DNA from: Pseudomonadales bacterium
GTDB lineage: Bacteria; Pseudomonadota; Gammaproteobacteria; Pseudomonadales; Azotimanducaceae
Direction: 5' to 3'
Assembly: GCA_046582185.1 (NCBI GenBank)
Contig: JAYGEX010000033.1
Coordinates: 168 to 64,167, forward strand
Length of the DNA: 64,000 nt
Positions 19,319 to 27,397 of this stretch are shown here, piece by piece (position 1 is the first letter of the stretch; each line of letters begins with the position of its first letter). The translations under genes were made by a program, and so were the position numbers. The notes beneath the pieces were generated by a model. It ran no database searches, had not been told where the DNA came from, and was given only the letters and a program-made list of their open reading frames with translations.

Positions 19319-19641
19319 TTAGTTTTTGTCGTCCCGGCTTCAGAAGAATCAGCATTGCCTAAGGACAAATCCCCAGCGGTCTCCTCGTCCTTCGCATGTT
19401 CCATCATAGAGCCATCAAGAAGTGAACTGGGTTTCTGGCGGAATATTCTAATAATTGGAAATATCAACAGCCCCACGACCACCATGATGGCCACAAAGCC
19501 AATCGAGTAGACAAATAGAACCTTTACTACTTCAGTTTCAACATCAAAGAATGCAACTGCGACCCAGATAAAGGCAGAGGCAAAGAATGCCGCGGAAATA
19601 AATCGACGAAGAAGTGGATCAGTGAGGAAGGATTTCAACAA
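19315..19641 (-). CDS. small two-TM membrane protein of unknown function
   Basis: Two hydrophobic spans (ISAAFFASAFIWVAVAFF, LFVYSIGFVAIMVVVGLLIFPII). No family recognised. Confidence 0.45.
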   Translation of the reverse strand: MLKSFLTDPLLRRFISAAFFASAFIWVAVAFFDVETEVVKVLFVYSIGFVAIMVVVGLLIFPIIRIFRQKPSSLLDGSMMEHAKDEETAGDLSLGNADSSEAGTTKTN

Positions 19642-19699
19642 TTAATATTCTGGATTGGTTTTTGATTAACGCTAGCTTACACTCGATCAACTTGTAGAC

Positions 19700-19797
19700 C
19701 TAGTTAGTTCCCGTCCATAAAACCAAATTAGAACAATATATGCAAAATTCTAGATCCGTTTGCTATATAAAACAATCACTTACTAGGGAAGTAACAC
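19700..19797 (+). repeat. ~100-bp MITE-like intergenic repeat, copy A
   Basis: CTAGTTAGTTCCCGTCCATAAA..CCAAATTAGAACAATATATGCAAAATTCTAGATCCGTT.GCTA.ATAAAACAATCACTTAC.AGGGAAGTAACAC is shared almost base for base with 34801-34900. The ends are inverted (GTTAGTTCCC vs GGGAAGTAAC). Confidence 0.9.
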
Positions 19798-19946
19798 AGG
19801 AAATTCCTAATTACGGACAAAAACCAGATCTACTTGTAGAAGGCTCTGCCTTAAGAAAGTTCAGACCAGAGAAATCCTTGAGGAACCAGAGACCACGCCA
19901 CAACTGGTTGAGAAAAAAGCCCCTTAACAAAATACGGAGATAAATA

Positions 19947-20861
19947 ATGCCCCTAGACCCCACGGTTGAAGCAATGTTGGAACAAATGGCCGAAGCCGAT
20001 GGCCCTAGCCTTTCGGAAATGAGTCCGCCTGATGCACGGGACATGTATCGAATGCTTCAAGCAAGCCTGCCAGCTCCCGAGGTTCACTCTGTTGAGGACA
20101 TGGATGCAAACGGTGTCCCGGTTCGGGTCTACAAGATGAGCAATGAAGCCAATCAGGCTGTAAGCGTTTTTTATCACGGTGGAGGATGGGTCATTGGTGA
20201 TCTCGAAACACACGAAGGTGTCTGCCGCCAACTTGCAGTCGCTGCGAACTGTACCGTCATCGCAGTAGATTATCGACTCGCGCCGGAGCATCCCTATCCC
20301 GCAGCAATTGATGATTGCTATGAAGCTACTCGCTGGGTATCTGATAATGCCGCCGAACTGGGTATAGACAAGAATAGAATCGCTGTCGCTGGCGATAGCG
20401 CCGGTGGCAATCTATCAGCCTGCGTTGTCCTAAAAGCCCGGGCAGAAAATGGGCCAGCGATATGCTTCCAGCTGCTTATTTATCCGGTGACGGATGCGAA
20501 GATGAATACGCCATCATTTGATGAAAATGGCGACGGATACATGCTGACGCGCGACACAATGCAGTGGTTCTGGAACTGCTATACAGATGGGCAGCATCTG
20601 GATGATCCCCTTGCCTCGCCGCTGGTCGAAACGGACTTATCCGGGCTGCCGCCAGCCTGCGTTATTACTGCTGAATATGATCCCCTTCGGGATGAAGGTG
20701 AAAAATATGCCAAAGTCCTTACCGCAGCTGGAGTGGAAGTGAATGCAATTCGCTTCGATGGAATGATCCACGGATTTTTTGGCATGACCGACATCCTGGA
20801 AGGCGCTAAGGCTGCCCTGGATCTTGCGGCCGCTGAACTCAACAAAGCCTTTAAACAATAA
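19947..20861 (+). CDS. alpha/beta hydrolase, hormone-sensitive-lipase (family IV) type esterase
   Basis: Oxyanion HGGGW, nucleophile GDSAGGN, and DPLRDEG...H near the C-terminus. GGAGA RBS. Confidence 0.85.
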   Translation: MPLDPTVEAMLEQMAEADGPSLSEMSPPDARDMYRMLQASLPAPEVHSVEDMDANGVPVRVYKMSNEANQAVSVFYHGGGWVIGDLETHEGVCRQLAVAANCTVIAVDYRLAPEHPYPAAIDDCYEATRWVSDNAAELGIDKNRIAVAGDSAGGNLSACVVLKARAENGPAICFQLLIYPVTDAKMNTPSFDENGDGYMLTRDTMQWFWNCYTDGQHLDDPLASPLVETDLSGLPPACVITAEYDPLRDEGEKYAKVLTAAGVEVNAIRFDGMIHGFFGMTDILEGAKAALDLAAAELNKAFKQ

Positions 20862-20866
20862 AACCT

Positions 20867-21625
20867 GTGAAAGAGATTAATTCAGTTGAGCAACTGGAAT
20901 CTTTTCTTGCAGGCCAGGAACAGTTCGGAAGTTTCGCCTTCAGCGAGTTTGAATGGCCAGAAGAATCAACTGATTATATCTTCAAACAATGTACTTTCCA
21001 TCAGATGATCTTCAGGGGGACCGAATGGCAGTCATGTGAGTTTACGGATTGTGAATTCGAACAATGTACTTTCGATTCCTCAAAACTTACCGACTGCCTG
21101 TTTCAGAAGTGCAAGTTCTATAACCCGGAGCTGGAAGCGGCTTGTTCTTTCAAGTTTGCTTCATTCCCTGGAACCACCTTTCGACAGTCTGACCTTTCTC
21201 TTTGCAATTTTAGCCGGTCAAATTTATACCGCATTGTTATCGACCAATGTCAGGCAACCGGAATGGATTGCTCTTATGCGACAGTTTCCCAGAGCATTGG
21301 CGGGTCACTGTCCTTAAACAGCGCCCGACTTTTCGACTGTAACTTCTCCTACGCGGATTTCACCGGCACCTGGTTATGCGAGGCAGAACTTCAAGAGAAC
21401 CGCTTTAGCCATGCGCTCTTCAACAGAGCAAACCTGGAAGGAGCGGAACTCAATGACTGTGATTTTCATGGCATTGAAGCAAAAGGCCTCACCATTGCCG
21501 GGGCTGACCTTAGAGGCGCTCAGATCTCTGGTCTCGACATCCGCGAAATTGATATGACCGGCGTAAGAATCAACGATTACCAGCAACGATTTTTATTGGA
21601 AGCGATTGGAATAGAAGTGGATTAA
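20867..21625 (+). CDS. pentapeptide-repeat protein (GTG start)
   Basis: Long runs of A(D/N)LxX-type pentads (FNRANLEGAELNDCDFHGIEAKGLTIAGADLRGAQISGLDI). Confidence 0.8.
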   Translation: MKEINSVEQLESFLAGQEQFGSFAFSEFEWPEESTDYIFKQCTFHQMIFRGTEWQSCEFTDCEFEQCTFDSSKLTDCLFQKCKFYNPELEAACSFKFASFPGTTFRQSDLSLCNFSRSNLYRIVIDQCQATGMDCSYATVSQSIGGSLSLNSARLFDCNFSYADFTGTWLCEAELQENRFSHALFNRANLEGAELNDCDFHGIEAKGLTIAGADLRGAQISGLDIREIDMTGVRINDYQQRFLLEAIGIEVD

Positions 21626-21705
21626 AACCCTCGTTTCGCTCGTTCAGCTTCTGTTCAACATTGGTCGAATATTCTGTTCTTCATTACGCGATGAGGGACA
21701 GAAAA

Positions 21706-22485
21706 ATGAAGCAAACACTCTTAGGATTAAACGACCCTGCCGCCAGAAACGACCCGCATAAGCTTCCGGGATTCCATCGCCCCAATGACCATTATTCGAA
21801 ATACCATTGTTCGGAATACACGGCACAGTTAGAAAGCCACTCATCGCGCTCAGGTTCAATACTCGGCAGCTTGTGCATGGTCACCTTTCTCTGCTTTTCT
21901 GTCAGCGCCTATGCCGATCATGGCCAGTCCAGGGGAAATTCATACTACACCTACGGGCAGGTCCTTGAAGTAGAACCAAACTATGTTCACTCAATCGAAT
22001 CAGTGCCTGAAAAGTCATGCACGCAAGTTCAGGTACGACAGACTCACCACAGACCTCACAGAAGAAGAGATGAAGGCACACTAATCCCATCTTTACTTGG
22101 AGGATTGCTTGGCGGGGTAATTGGCCACCAATTCGGCGGCGGCAATGGCAAGACGGCCCTCACGATTCTCGGCGCTTTCGCCGGTTCGAAAATCGCAAGC
22201 AGCAGCAACCATCATCACCAACATGATAGACATTCACAGGCGCGAGTCCGTGAACATTGCACCATCGTAGAGAGATGGGTTGAGACCACAAGAATCAAAA
22301 ACTATTCAGTGACCTATCGTTACAAGGGCAATGTGTTTACCAAAACAACACCTGAAAATCCCGGATCGCGAATCCGAATTCGTGTCCAGGTAGACCCTGT
22401 AGACAACTTGCTGGCACAAAACGATTCTCGTCAAAACTACTCTCGTCAAAACAACAGACGCTATACCTCTGGCAACACCTACTAA
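21706..22485 (+). CDS. glycine-zipper (Rick_17kDa_Anti/SlyB-like) envelope protein; start uncertain
   Basis: LIPSLLGGLLGGVIGHQFGGGNGKTALTILGAFAGSKIA Gly-zipper flanked by Cys-containing beta segments (YGQVLEVEP...C ; C.IVERWVE...YSVTYRYKGNVFT....PG.RIRIRV). ATG 21706 has GAGGGA upstream. The hydrophobic leader LCMVTFLCFSVSAYA sits ~55 aa in, so a later start (21877) is possible. Confidence 0.6.
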   Translation: MKQTLLGLNDPAARNDPHKLPGFHRPNDHYSKYHCSEYTAQLESHSSRSGSILGSLCMVTFLCFSVSAYADHGQSRGNSYYTYGQVLEVEPNYVHSIESVPEKSCTQVQVRQTHHRPHRRRDEGTLIPSLLGGLLGGVIGHQFGGGNGKTALTILGAFAGSKIASSSNHHHQHDRHSQARVREHCTIVERWVETTRIKNYSVTYRYKGNVFTKTTPENPGSRIRIRVQVDPVDNLLAQNDSRQNYSRQNNRRYTSGNTY

Positions 22486-22511
22486 AAAAAGACAACGAAC
22501 AGGAGTCTCTT

Positions 22512-23330
22512 ATGAAAGTTTATCTCACCCCTCACAGCCTCGCGAGTATCCTGCTGGCACTCAGCATTACAGGGACTGCAATGGCATCGCCAACAGGTCC
22601 GATAATGCGCCTGTTTCCAACCACTGTTCTGGAAGACATTCGTGAAACCAGCCTGGTGGCAGAAGAAATGGAAAACAATATTCAGGATGTGATTTCCCGG
22701 TTAGATCTGCAGCAACAGCTTTATAACGAATCTCACTGCGCTGGTGCAGATGAAGATCCAGGTTGCGAACGCATCGCCAAGCAAATCGGCGCTACCTATC
22801 TTGAGATGCTCGACATGATGACCAAGAAGTTACCAGACATGGAGCGAGCCGTAAATAATACGCGCAGCAGCCTGGAGAAACGCCTCAAAGTAGAATTAGG
22901 GCAAAAATCAACGCCAACCAGTCTGCAAAACTTACTATTAGGCAAGGTCGCCCAGAGCAAACCTACCGACAAACCAATGGCCCTGCGAGGTCGATCCGGC
23001 ATTCGACTCTCTGACCGCTTTAAGGAGTATTACGACCTCGTTGCCACTCGAAAGAACGGCGCAAATCAATCATTGGCAGTTATCGCATCCGATATCTATC
23101 TGGACATGGACGAGGCCGCCCGCCTTATCGCCGCGACCCAGGAAGAGATAAGCCGCGCAACCTTAATGGAACAGCTGAATCAATCCTTCGGACAAATCAC
23201 CCCGGAAATGTCCGAGGTCGTGAATGGAGTGAAGACTATTTTGTTCGGTGAGAATCTCGGCGATTCGCCCATCGCATCAGCCCCGTTTTTAGCGGGTGAA
23301 ACACCTTACATCAGTCCACTGGAATTTTAA
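22512..23330 (+). CDS. secreted all-helical protein of unknown function (operon gene 1)
   Basis: AGGAG RBS, signal peptide MKVYLTPHSLASILLALSITGTAMA, heptad-rich Q/E/L sequence. No family recognised. Confidence 0.6.
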   Translation: MKVYLTPHSLASILLALSITGTAMASPTGPIMRLFPTTVLEDIRETSLVAEEMENNIQDVISRLDLQQQLYNESHCAGADEDPGCERIAKQIGATYLEMLDMMTKKLPDMERAVNNTRSSLEKRLKVELGQKSTPTSLQNLLLGKVAQSKPTDKPMALRGRSGIRLSDRFKEYYDLVATRKNGANQSLAVIASDIYLDMDEAARLIAATQEEISRATLMEQLNQSFGQITPEMSEVVNGVKTILFGENLGDSPIASAPFLAGETPYISPLEF

Positions 23331-23341
23331 GGAGAACTAAC

Positions 23342-23920
23342 ATGAACAAATCATTCATTAACAAAACCATCATGAATATGAGATACATTTACATTTTACC
23401 TTTCCTGATCCTCGCATCAACCGCAATTACGTCCTGTACTACTACTGAAGTCGTGGACAATTGCGCCATAAACCTGAAAGGTTCGTTAGACAATGCGATC
23501 TACATCGCAGAAAGAAAATTATCCAGCGGCTGCGAATATAGCTTCGACAACTATCTGGGCCAGCTTCTGGCTATCGCCGCAGACAATCCAAGCCCTGACA
23601 ATAAACGGTCGTTCAGCGATTTCCTGATTCGTGCCAGCGACAATGGCACCATCAGCAAACGCCAGGCAAAGTCTACCTACAATCGCTACTTCAACATCAA
23701 ATTTGTATCCCTTGCTGGTGAGTACAATACATGCTCCCAGACCTGCCCCAGCAAAGCAAAAGTCCTTGCGGCTATGCGGCTGGAACTAAGGGACAAGGAA
23801 CTTGGACTAGTCAAGGCGAGCGACGATACCGCTTCCTACTATCGGGCTGATCATCTTCTGAAGGAAGTTGAATTGGTATTGGAAGCAACCTGTCGTGCTT
23901 GTGAAGCAGGCAGTTTGTAA
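23342..23920 (+). CDS. Cys-rich lipoprotein of unknown function (operon gene 2)
   Basis: AAGGAG 7 nt upstream. Lipobox ..LILASTAITS|C, plus six further Cys. Confidence 0.6.
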   Translation: MNKSFINKTIMNMRYIYILPFLILASTAITSCTTTEVVDNCAINLKGSLDNAIYIAERKLSSGCEYSFDNYLGQLLAIAADNPSPDNKRSFSDFLIRASDNGTISKRQAKSTYNRYFNIKFVSLAGEYNTCSQTCPSKAKVLAAMRLELRDKELGLVKASDDTASYYRADHLLKEVELVLEATCRACEAGSL

Positions 23921-24555
23921 TGGCTTCCGGCGTGGCGAGCTACATGGGGGGAGCCATTGCCGGTTTTGCAATGGGCCTACTCGCCATGCTGGTTTATTTA
24001 CCCTGGGAGGAGGTAGACCTGCTAGAAAGCATCAGCACCTGGCTGGTTCTAAACATGGGCCAATCAATTTGGCCATTTGGCACGGTACTTCTACTCTATA
24101 GCACTAATCTAATAAAACTAAGACGGCTCATCTCCGATAATGCTGCCTACAAGCATATCGTGCAACTGGATCAACTCAGCGATGTCTGGATTCATCTGTT
24201 TATAGGCATCGGTGTCATTTGGACTGCAATCGGAATGCGCAGTGCACTTTCCACCACCCTTGATTCTCCGGATGCACTCACGAATGGCGCTGGAGAAATA
24301 CTCTCTCGACTCGTTGATGGCGGCATTCTCCTGGCGCTTACAACAACAATTGTCGGCGCTATCGGCGGCTACCTTATGCAATTGACGAAGACATTTTCCC
24401 TGGGTGCGAGCCTTACCGGTTATTACCACGATGAAGAGCGCGGTGAGTTCAACATCTTGCTTGATCGCATTGGCAACATCGAATCACTGCTTTGCGAAGG
24501 ACCGCAGGTAAGCAGCAAAGCTGATGAGCGCGAGGCTTTAGCAGAAAATGCGTAG
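23920..24555 (+). CDS. MotA/TolQ/ExbB-family proton-channel-like protein, short form (operon gene 3)
   Basis: TAATG overlap. Three hydrophobic spans. LFIGIGVIWTAIGMRSAL ... DGGILLALTTTIVGAIGGYLM parallels ExbB/TolQ IGLLGTVWGIM ... GIAEAL.ATAIGL.AAIP. Confidence 0.6.
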   Translation: MASGVASYMGGAIAGFAMGLLAMLVYLPWEEVDLLESISTWLVLNMGQSIWPFGTVLLLYSTNLIKLRRLISDNAAYKHIVQLDQLSDVWIHLFIGIGVIWTAIGMRSALSTTLDSPDALTNGAGEILSRLVDGGILLALTTTIVGAIGGYLMQLTKTFSLGASLTGYYHDEERGEFNILLDRIGNIESLLCEGPQVSSKADEREALAENA

Positions 24556-25366
24556 GCACACTACCCACAAGCAACTTAATACCGCCGGACTTGAGGCCGA
24601 TGTAATGAGGTTTATGGCCATAATTGCCTTTTGCCTAATCGCCATTATGGCGCTGGTAAAAGATGTAGAGCCTCAGCTAGGTGTAGAGCCTCAGCCCGAT
24701 GTAAAGTCTCAGTCCGAGGTAACGACTGAAGCAATAGAAGATAGCAGTCATGAACCAGAGCCAAGCCTTGAATTAGTAACTGTTGTAAAGGCGCAAAAGC
24801 CATTAAAGCCTGAAGCAAAAACCTCTACCCAAGCAGTGAAGATTGGGAGCACGCGTGAGCGCACTTCAATATTATCAGCACCAGATATTTCAATACCAAT
24901 GCGTTCGCAAGTCATCGCCAATCATGACAATACAGTACAACCGGCATCAGTGAACGTGGCAGCCGAAGAGCAGCTCGAAGAAAGGGAAGAAGCGCTGACA
25001 TTTAGGTTTGACTCTGACTCAACCTTTATCCACCTGATAGGAAGTAAAAAGCTAAAACTTTTCGCCAGCACTCATGGCGCTTATCTTGAGATGGATGACA
25101 GGTTTAATGTCACCTCTTCCAGCCCCTCAGGGGAACTGTTTGAAATCATGAAGCAGTCCATTCCACGCACCATCACGACTATTTTTGAAAGGGAGTCAGG
25201 GTTTCACAAAGTGGATAGCTCACTAATTTACCTTGTCGCACTGTCGAAACGAACCAGGAATGACCTCGATCATTTCCTTGGCGCTAGTAACTCCAGGCAC
25301 AAAAAAAACCTGAACTCCGGCGTACTTGTAATCCATCAGGATGGACACATTAGTCATGAAACATAA
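24548..25366 (+). CDS. MotB/ExbD/TolR-like single-TM protein with Pro/Glu-rich linker and unknown C-terminal domain (operon gene 4)
   Basis: 8-nt overlap with the channel gene. GLEADVMRFMAIIAFCLIAIMALV places an Asp at the cytoplasmic end of the TM, as in MotB (YADFMTAMMAFF) and ExbD (IDVMLVLLIIF). A VEPQ-rich linker follows, then ~130 aa with no recognised fold. Confidence 0.5.
   Translation: MRRHTTHKQLNTAGLEADVMRFMAIIAFCLIAIMALVKDVEPQLGVEPQPDVKSQSEVTTEAIEDSSHEPEPSLELVTVVKAQKPLKPEAKTSTQAVKIGSTRERTSILSAPDISIPMRSQVIANHDNTVQPASVNVAAEEQLEEREEALTFRFDSDSTFIHLIGSKKLKLFASTHGAYLEMDDRFNVTSSSPSGELFEIMKQSIPRTITTIFERESGFHKVDSSLIYLVALSKRTRNDLDHFLGASNSRHKKNLNSGVLVIHQDGHISHET
24662..24715 (+). repeat. 18-bp in-frame tandem repeat x3 encoding DVEPQL/GVEPQP/DVKSQS
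   Basis: GATGTAGAGCCTCAGCTA / GGTGTAGAGCCTCAGCCC / GATGTAAAGTCTCAGTCC. Confidence 0.85.
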
Positions 25367-25460
25367 GAACAACCATGCGTTGAGCCATGCAAGCAACTAT
25401 CGGGCCATCTCTAACACTATCTATAATGCCAAAACCATCTCTAAAACTATCTCTAAAGTT

Positions 25461-26762
25461 ATGAAGGCATATGTATTTGGCTTGCTAATTTCCCTGCCGA
25501 CGATGCTCTACGCCGGGACTGTGATCGAAGGAGATCTCGGTGATTGGCTGGTTCAGGATGCAGCCCCAAAATTGAGTGAGGTGCTAACTCGCCATCCCCG
25601 ATTTAAGGGAAAGGCAATCAAAGTAACAGCAATGGAAGATGGATATCCTATCGAAGTCAGTGATGAGCTCACCCGACAGATCAAGGCACAGCTGGTGGAA
25701 AGCCTGTTATCCAACCCCGAAGTCAAAATTGTCTTTGGCGACAGTAACAGATGCCAACCCATCTCTGTGGATACGGTTCTTGGTATAGACGTGAACAAGA
25801 GATCCAACAATCGTTATCATGTCTCGATTGCCATGGTGGATATCGAGGAAGGTATCTGGCTGAGCGGTACCAATATTTCCTGGCAGGGTCGAGTCACGCC
25901 ACGTCAGAATCGCGCCTTTAATACTGCTTTTAGCAGCAGGGTTAACCAGCGACTATTTTCCAAAACTCAAAGTCGGGAAATTTCTGATTCACTGTATCTG
26001 CAGCTGCAATGTGGCGTTGAGATCCTCTCGCCGGTATATTTCAAGCCAGGAATTGATGGCACGAATTCAGAAGTACTTCGCTTGCTACAATCCCGGCTCG
26101 CCAACAACATGTCTACGACGCTTAATTTACGCGAAGCCGTTTCAGTTATCGGTATACAGGGTAAATCCAGGCAAAGCACCGGAAACGACTTTTATACCCT
26201 TGCCGTCACCTTATCTACGGCTGAAGACCCCGAGCAGGTACACCGTATCGCCGAAGTGAAAATTACCGGCAACACATTGCAACTTGCTCGAAATAATCCT
26301 GCAATTCCTGCAACAAGTAATCTGCTCTCTGATATCGGCATCGTCACAAAAAACAAGAGAGATGCACATTGCGGCCGTCGAGACAAACACTGCGTGGACA
26401 TAAGTTTCAAATTAAACGAAGCAGCTTATACCGTGCTGTTCTATTCCATCGGTGGCTATCTTGAGCCCCTGAATTGCGAGACGCCTCGCCGACAGAGAGC
26501 AGGCACTCAGCGTTATGGCTTGAAAATACCCAATAGTAATTCACCACTTGCGCCCAGCGTCGGCTTTTATGTTCTCGCCTTTAGGGATAAAGCAATCGCC
26601 GGACGAGTGAACAGAGTTCTGGCGAGCGGCGCAAAAAGTTGCAACCCACACGGCAAACGGCAACTCACTTCCTTTACCGACCTGCTGCAGCAGAACATTC
26701 ATCGTCTGGACTGGAAGGCGATCCACTTGAGCCGTTACAACAAGAGAATCATAGAATTATGA
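25461..26762 (+). CDS. 433-aa secreted protein of unknown function (operon gene 5)
   Basis: Signal peptide MKAYVFGLLISLPTMLYA. Alternative starts at 25356/25341 overlap the upstream gene. The C-terminal VDISFKLNEAAYTVLFYSIGGYLEPL...GFYVLAF is faintly DUF4384-like (unverified). Confidence 0.55.
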   Translation: MKAYVFGLLISLPTMLYAGTVIEGDLGDWLVQDAAPKLSEVLTRHPRFKGKAIKVTAMEDGYPIEVSDELTRQIKAQLVESLLSNPEVKIVFGDSNRCQPISVDTVLGIDVNKRSNNRYHVSIAMVDIEEGIWLSGTNISWQGRVTPRQNRAFNTAFSSRVNQRLFSKTQSREISDSLYLQLQCGVEILSPVYFKPGIDGTNSEVLRLLQSRLANNMSTTLNLREAVSVIGIQGKSRQSTGNDFYTLAVTLSTAEDPEQVHRIAEVKITGNTLQLARNNPAIPATSNLLSDIGIVTKNKRDAHCGRRDKHCVDISFKLNEAAYTVLFYSIGGYLEPLNCETPRRQRAGTQRYGLKIPNSNSPLAPSVGFYVLAFRDKAIAGRVNRVLASGAKSCNPHGKRQLTSFTDLLQQNIHRLDWKAIHLSRYNKRIIEL

Positions 26763-27397
26763 AAATATTCATTGGTATTGTACTTGGGCTCGTCATATCT
26801 GTTGGCCTCATGTCTATTCCCAAGTCTCGCCTCATGGTGCTCGGTACGCTTGCACAGCTGCGAGCTATACAACTGACCAGTTCCATAACAGCAAACGCCA
26901 AAACGGCAGACCCTGTGCTAACGGTTCCTGGGACAGCGATCCCTGAGACAGAAAAAGGTATCAGCGACATAAATATTTTGGACACAGGTATTTTCGAAAA
27001 AGACATTGTCAACAGGGCCATTAGCAAGGTTGCCACCAGCGAACCACTGGACGATGAACTCCCGGCCTTCAGGCACAATCAGGCGCCTGAAGGCCGACTA
27101 ATGCAGAGTCAAAAAGACAATTTTTTTGAGCGGGAAACCAACAATGTTATCGAGCTGCAAACCGAATTCTTTCAGGTGGTATGGACTCCATTCAGGAGCC
27201 AGATGTCAGCCCAGGGTTTTGCAGAAAAGCTGCAACGACAACTAGACCATGAATTTGTAATCATCAAAAGAGGGCCGGGAAAATATGAGGTCGGTTTCCA
27301 CTTCACGTCGGATGCCGCACGCTCTGATGTCCTCGATGCCATCGTTAACCTGACAGGATTCGCTTCCTCCAATCCACCCAGGGTCGTCCAATTGTGA
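26759..27397 (+). CDS. TM-anchored SPOR-domain (peptidoglycan-binding) protein (operon gene 6)
   Basis: ATGA overlap, N-terminal TM MKIFIGIVLGLVISVGLMSI. C-terminal FFQVVWTPFRSQMSAQGFAEKLQRQLDHEFVIIKRGPGKYEVGFHFTSDAARSDVLDAI fits the SPOR beta-alpha-beta-beta repeat pattern. Confidence 0.6.
   Translation: MKIFIGIVLGLVISVGLMSIPKSRLMVLGTLAQLRAIQLTSSITANAKTADPVLTVPGTAIPETEKGISDINILDTGIFEKDIVNRAISKVATSEPLDDELPAFRHNQAPEGRLMQSQKDNFFERETNNVIELQTEFFQVVWTPFRSQMSAQGFAEKLQRQLDHEFVIIKRGPGKYEVGFHFTSDAARSDVLDAIVNLTGFASSNPPRVVQL

Noticed and set aside
19690-19840. The 9-bp direct repeat ACTTGTAGA flanking repeat copy A as a target-site duplication
   Set aside because: No equivalent duplication flanks copy B, and the element boundaries implied (133 bp) are only weakly conserved beyond the first 100 bp. 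It could be chance.
23920-25366. Zorya (ZorAB) anti-phage system, or an ExbBD-TonB or TolQRA system
   Set aside because: The MotA-like protein is only 211 aa with no long ZorA tail, and there are no ZorC/D-like nuclease or helicase genes. There is also no TonB C-terminal domain, TonB-dependent receptor, TolB or Pal. The partner lacks an OmpA-like domain.
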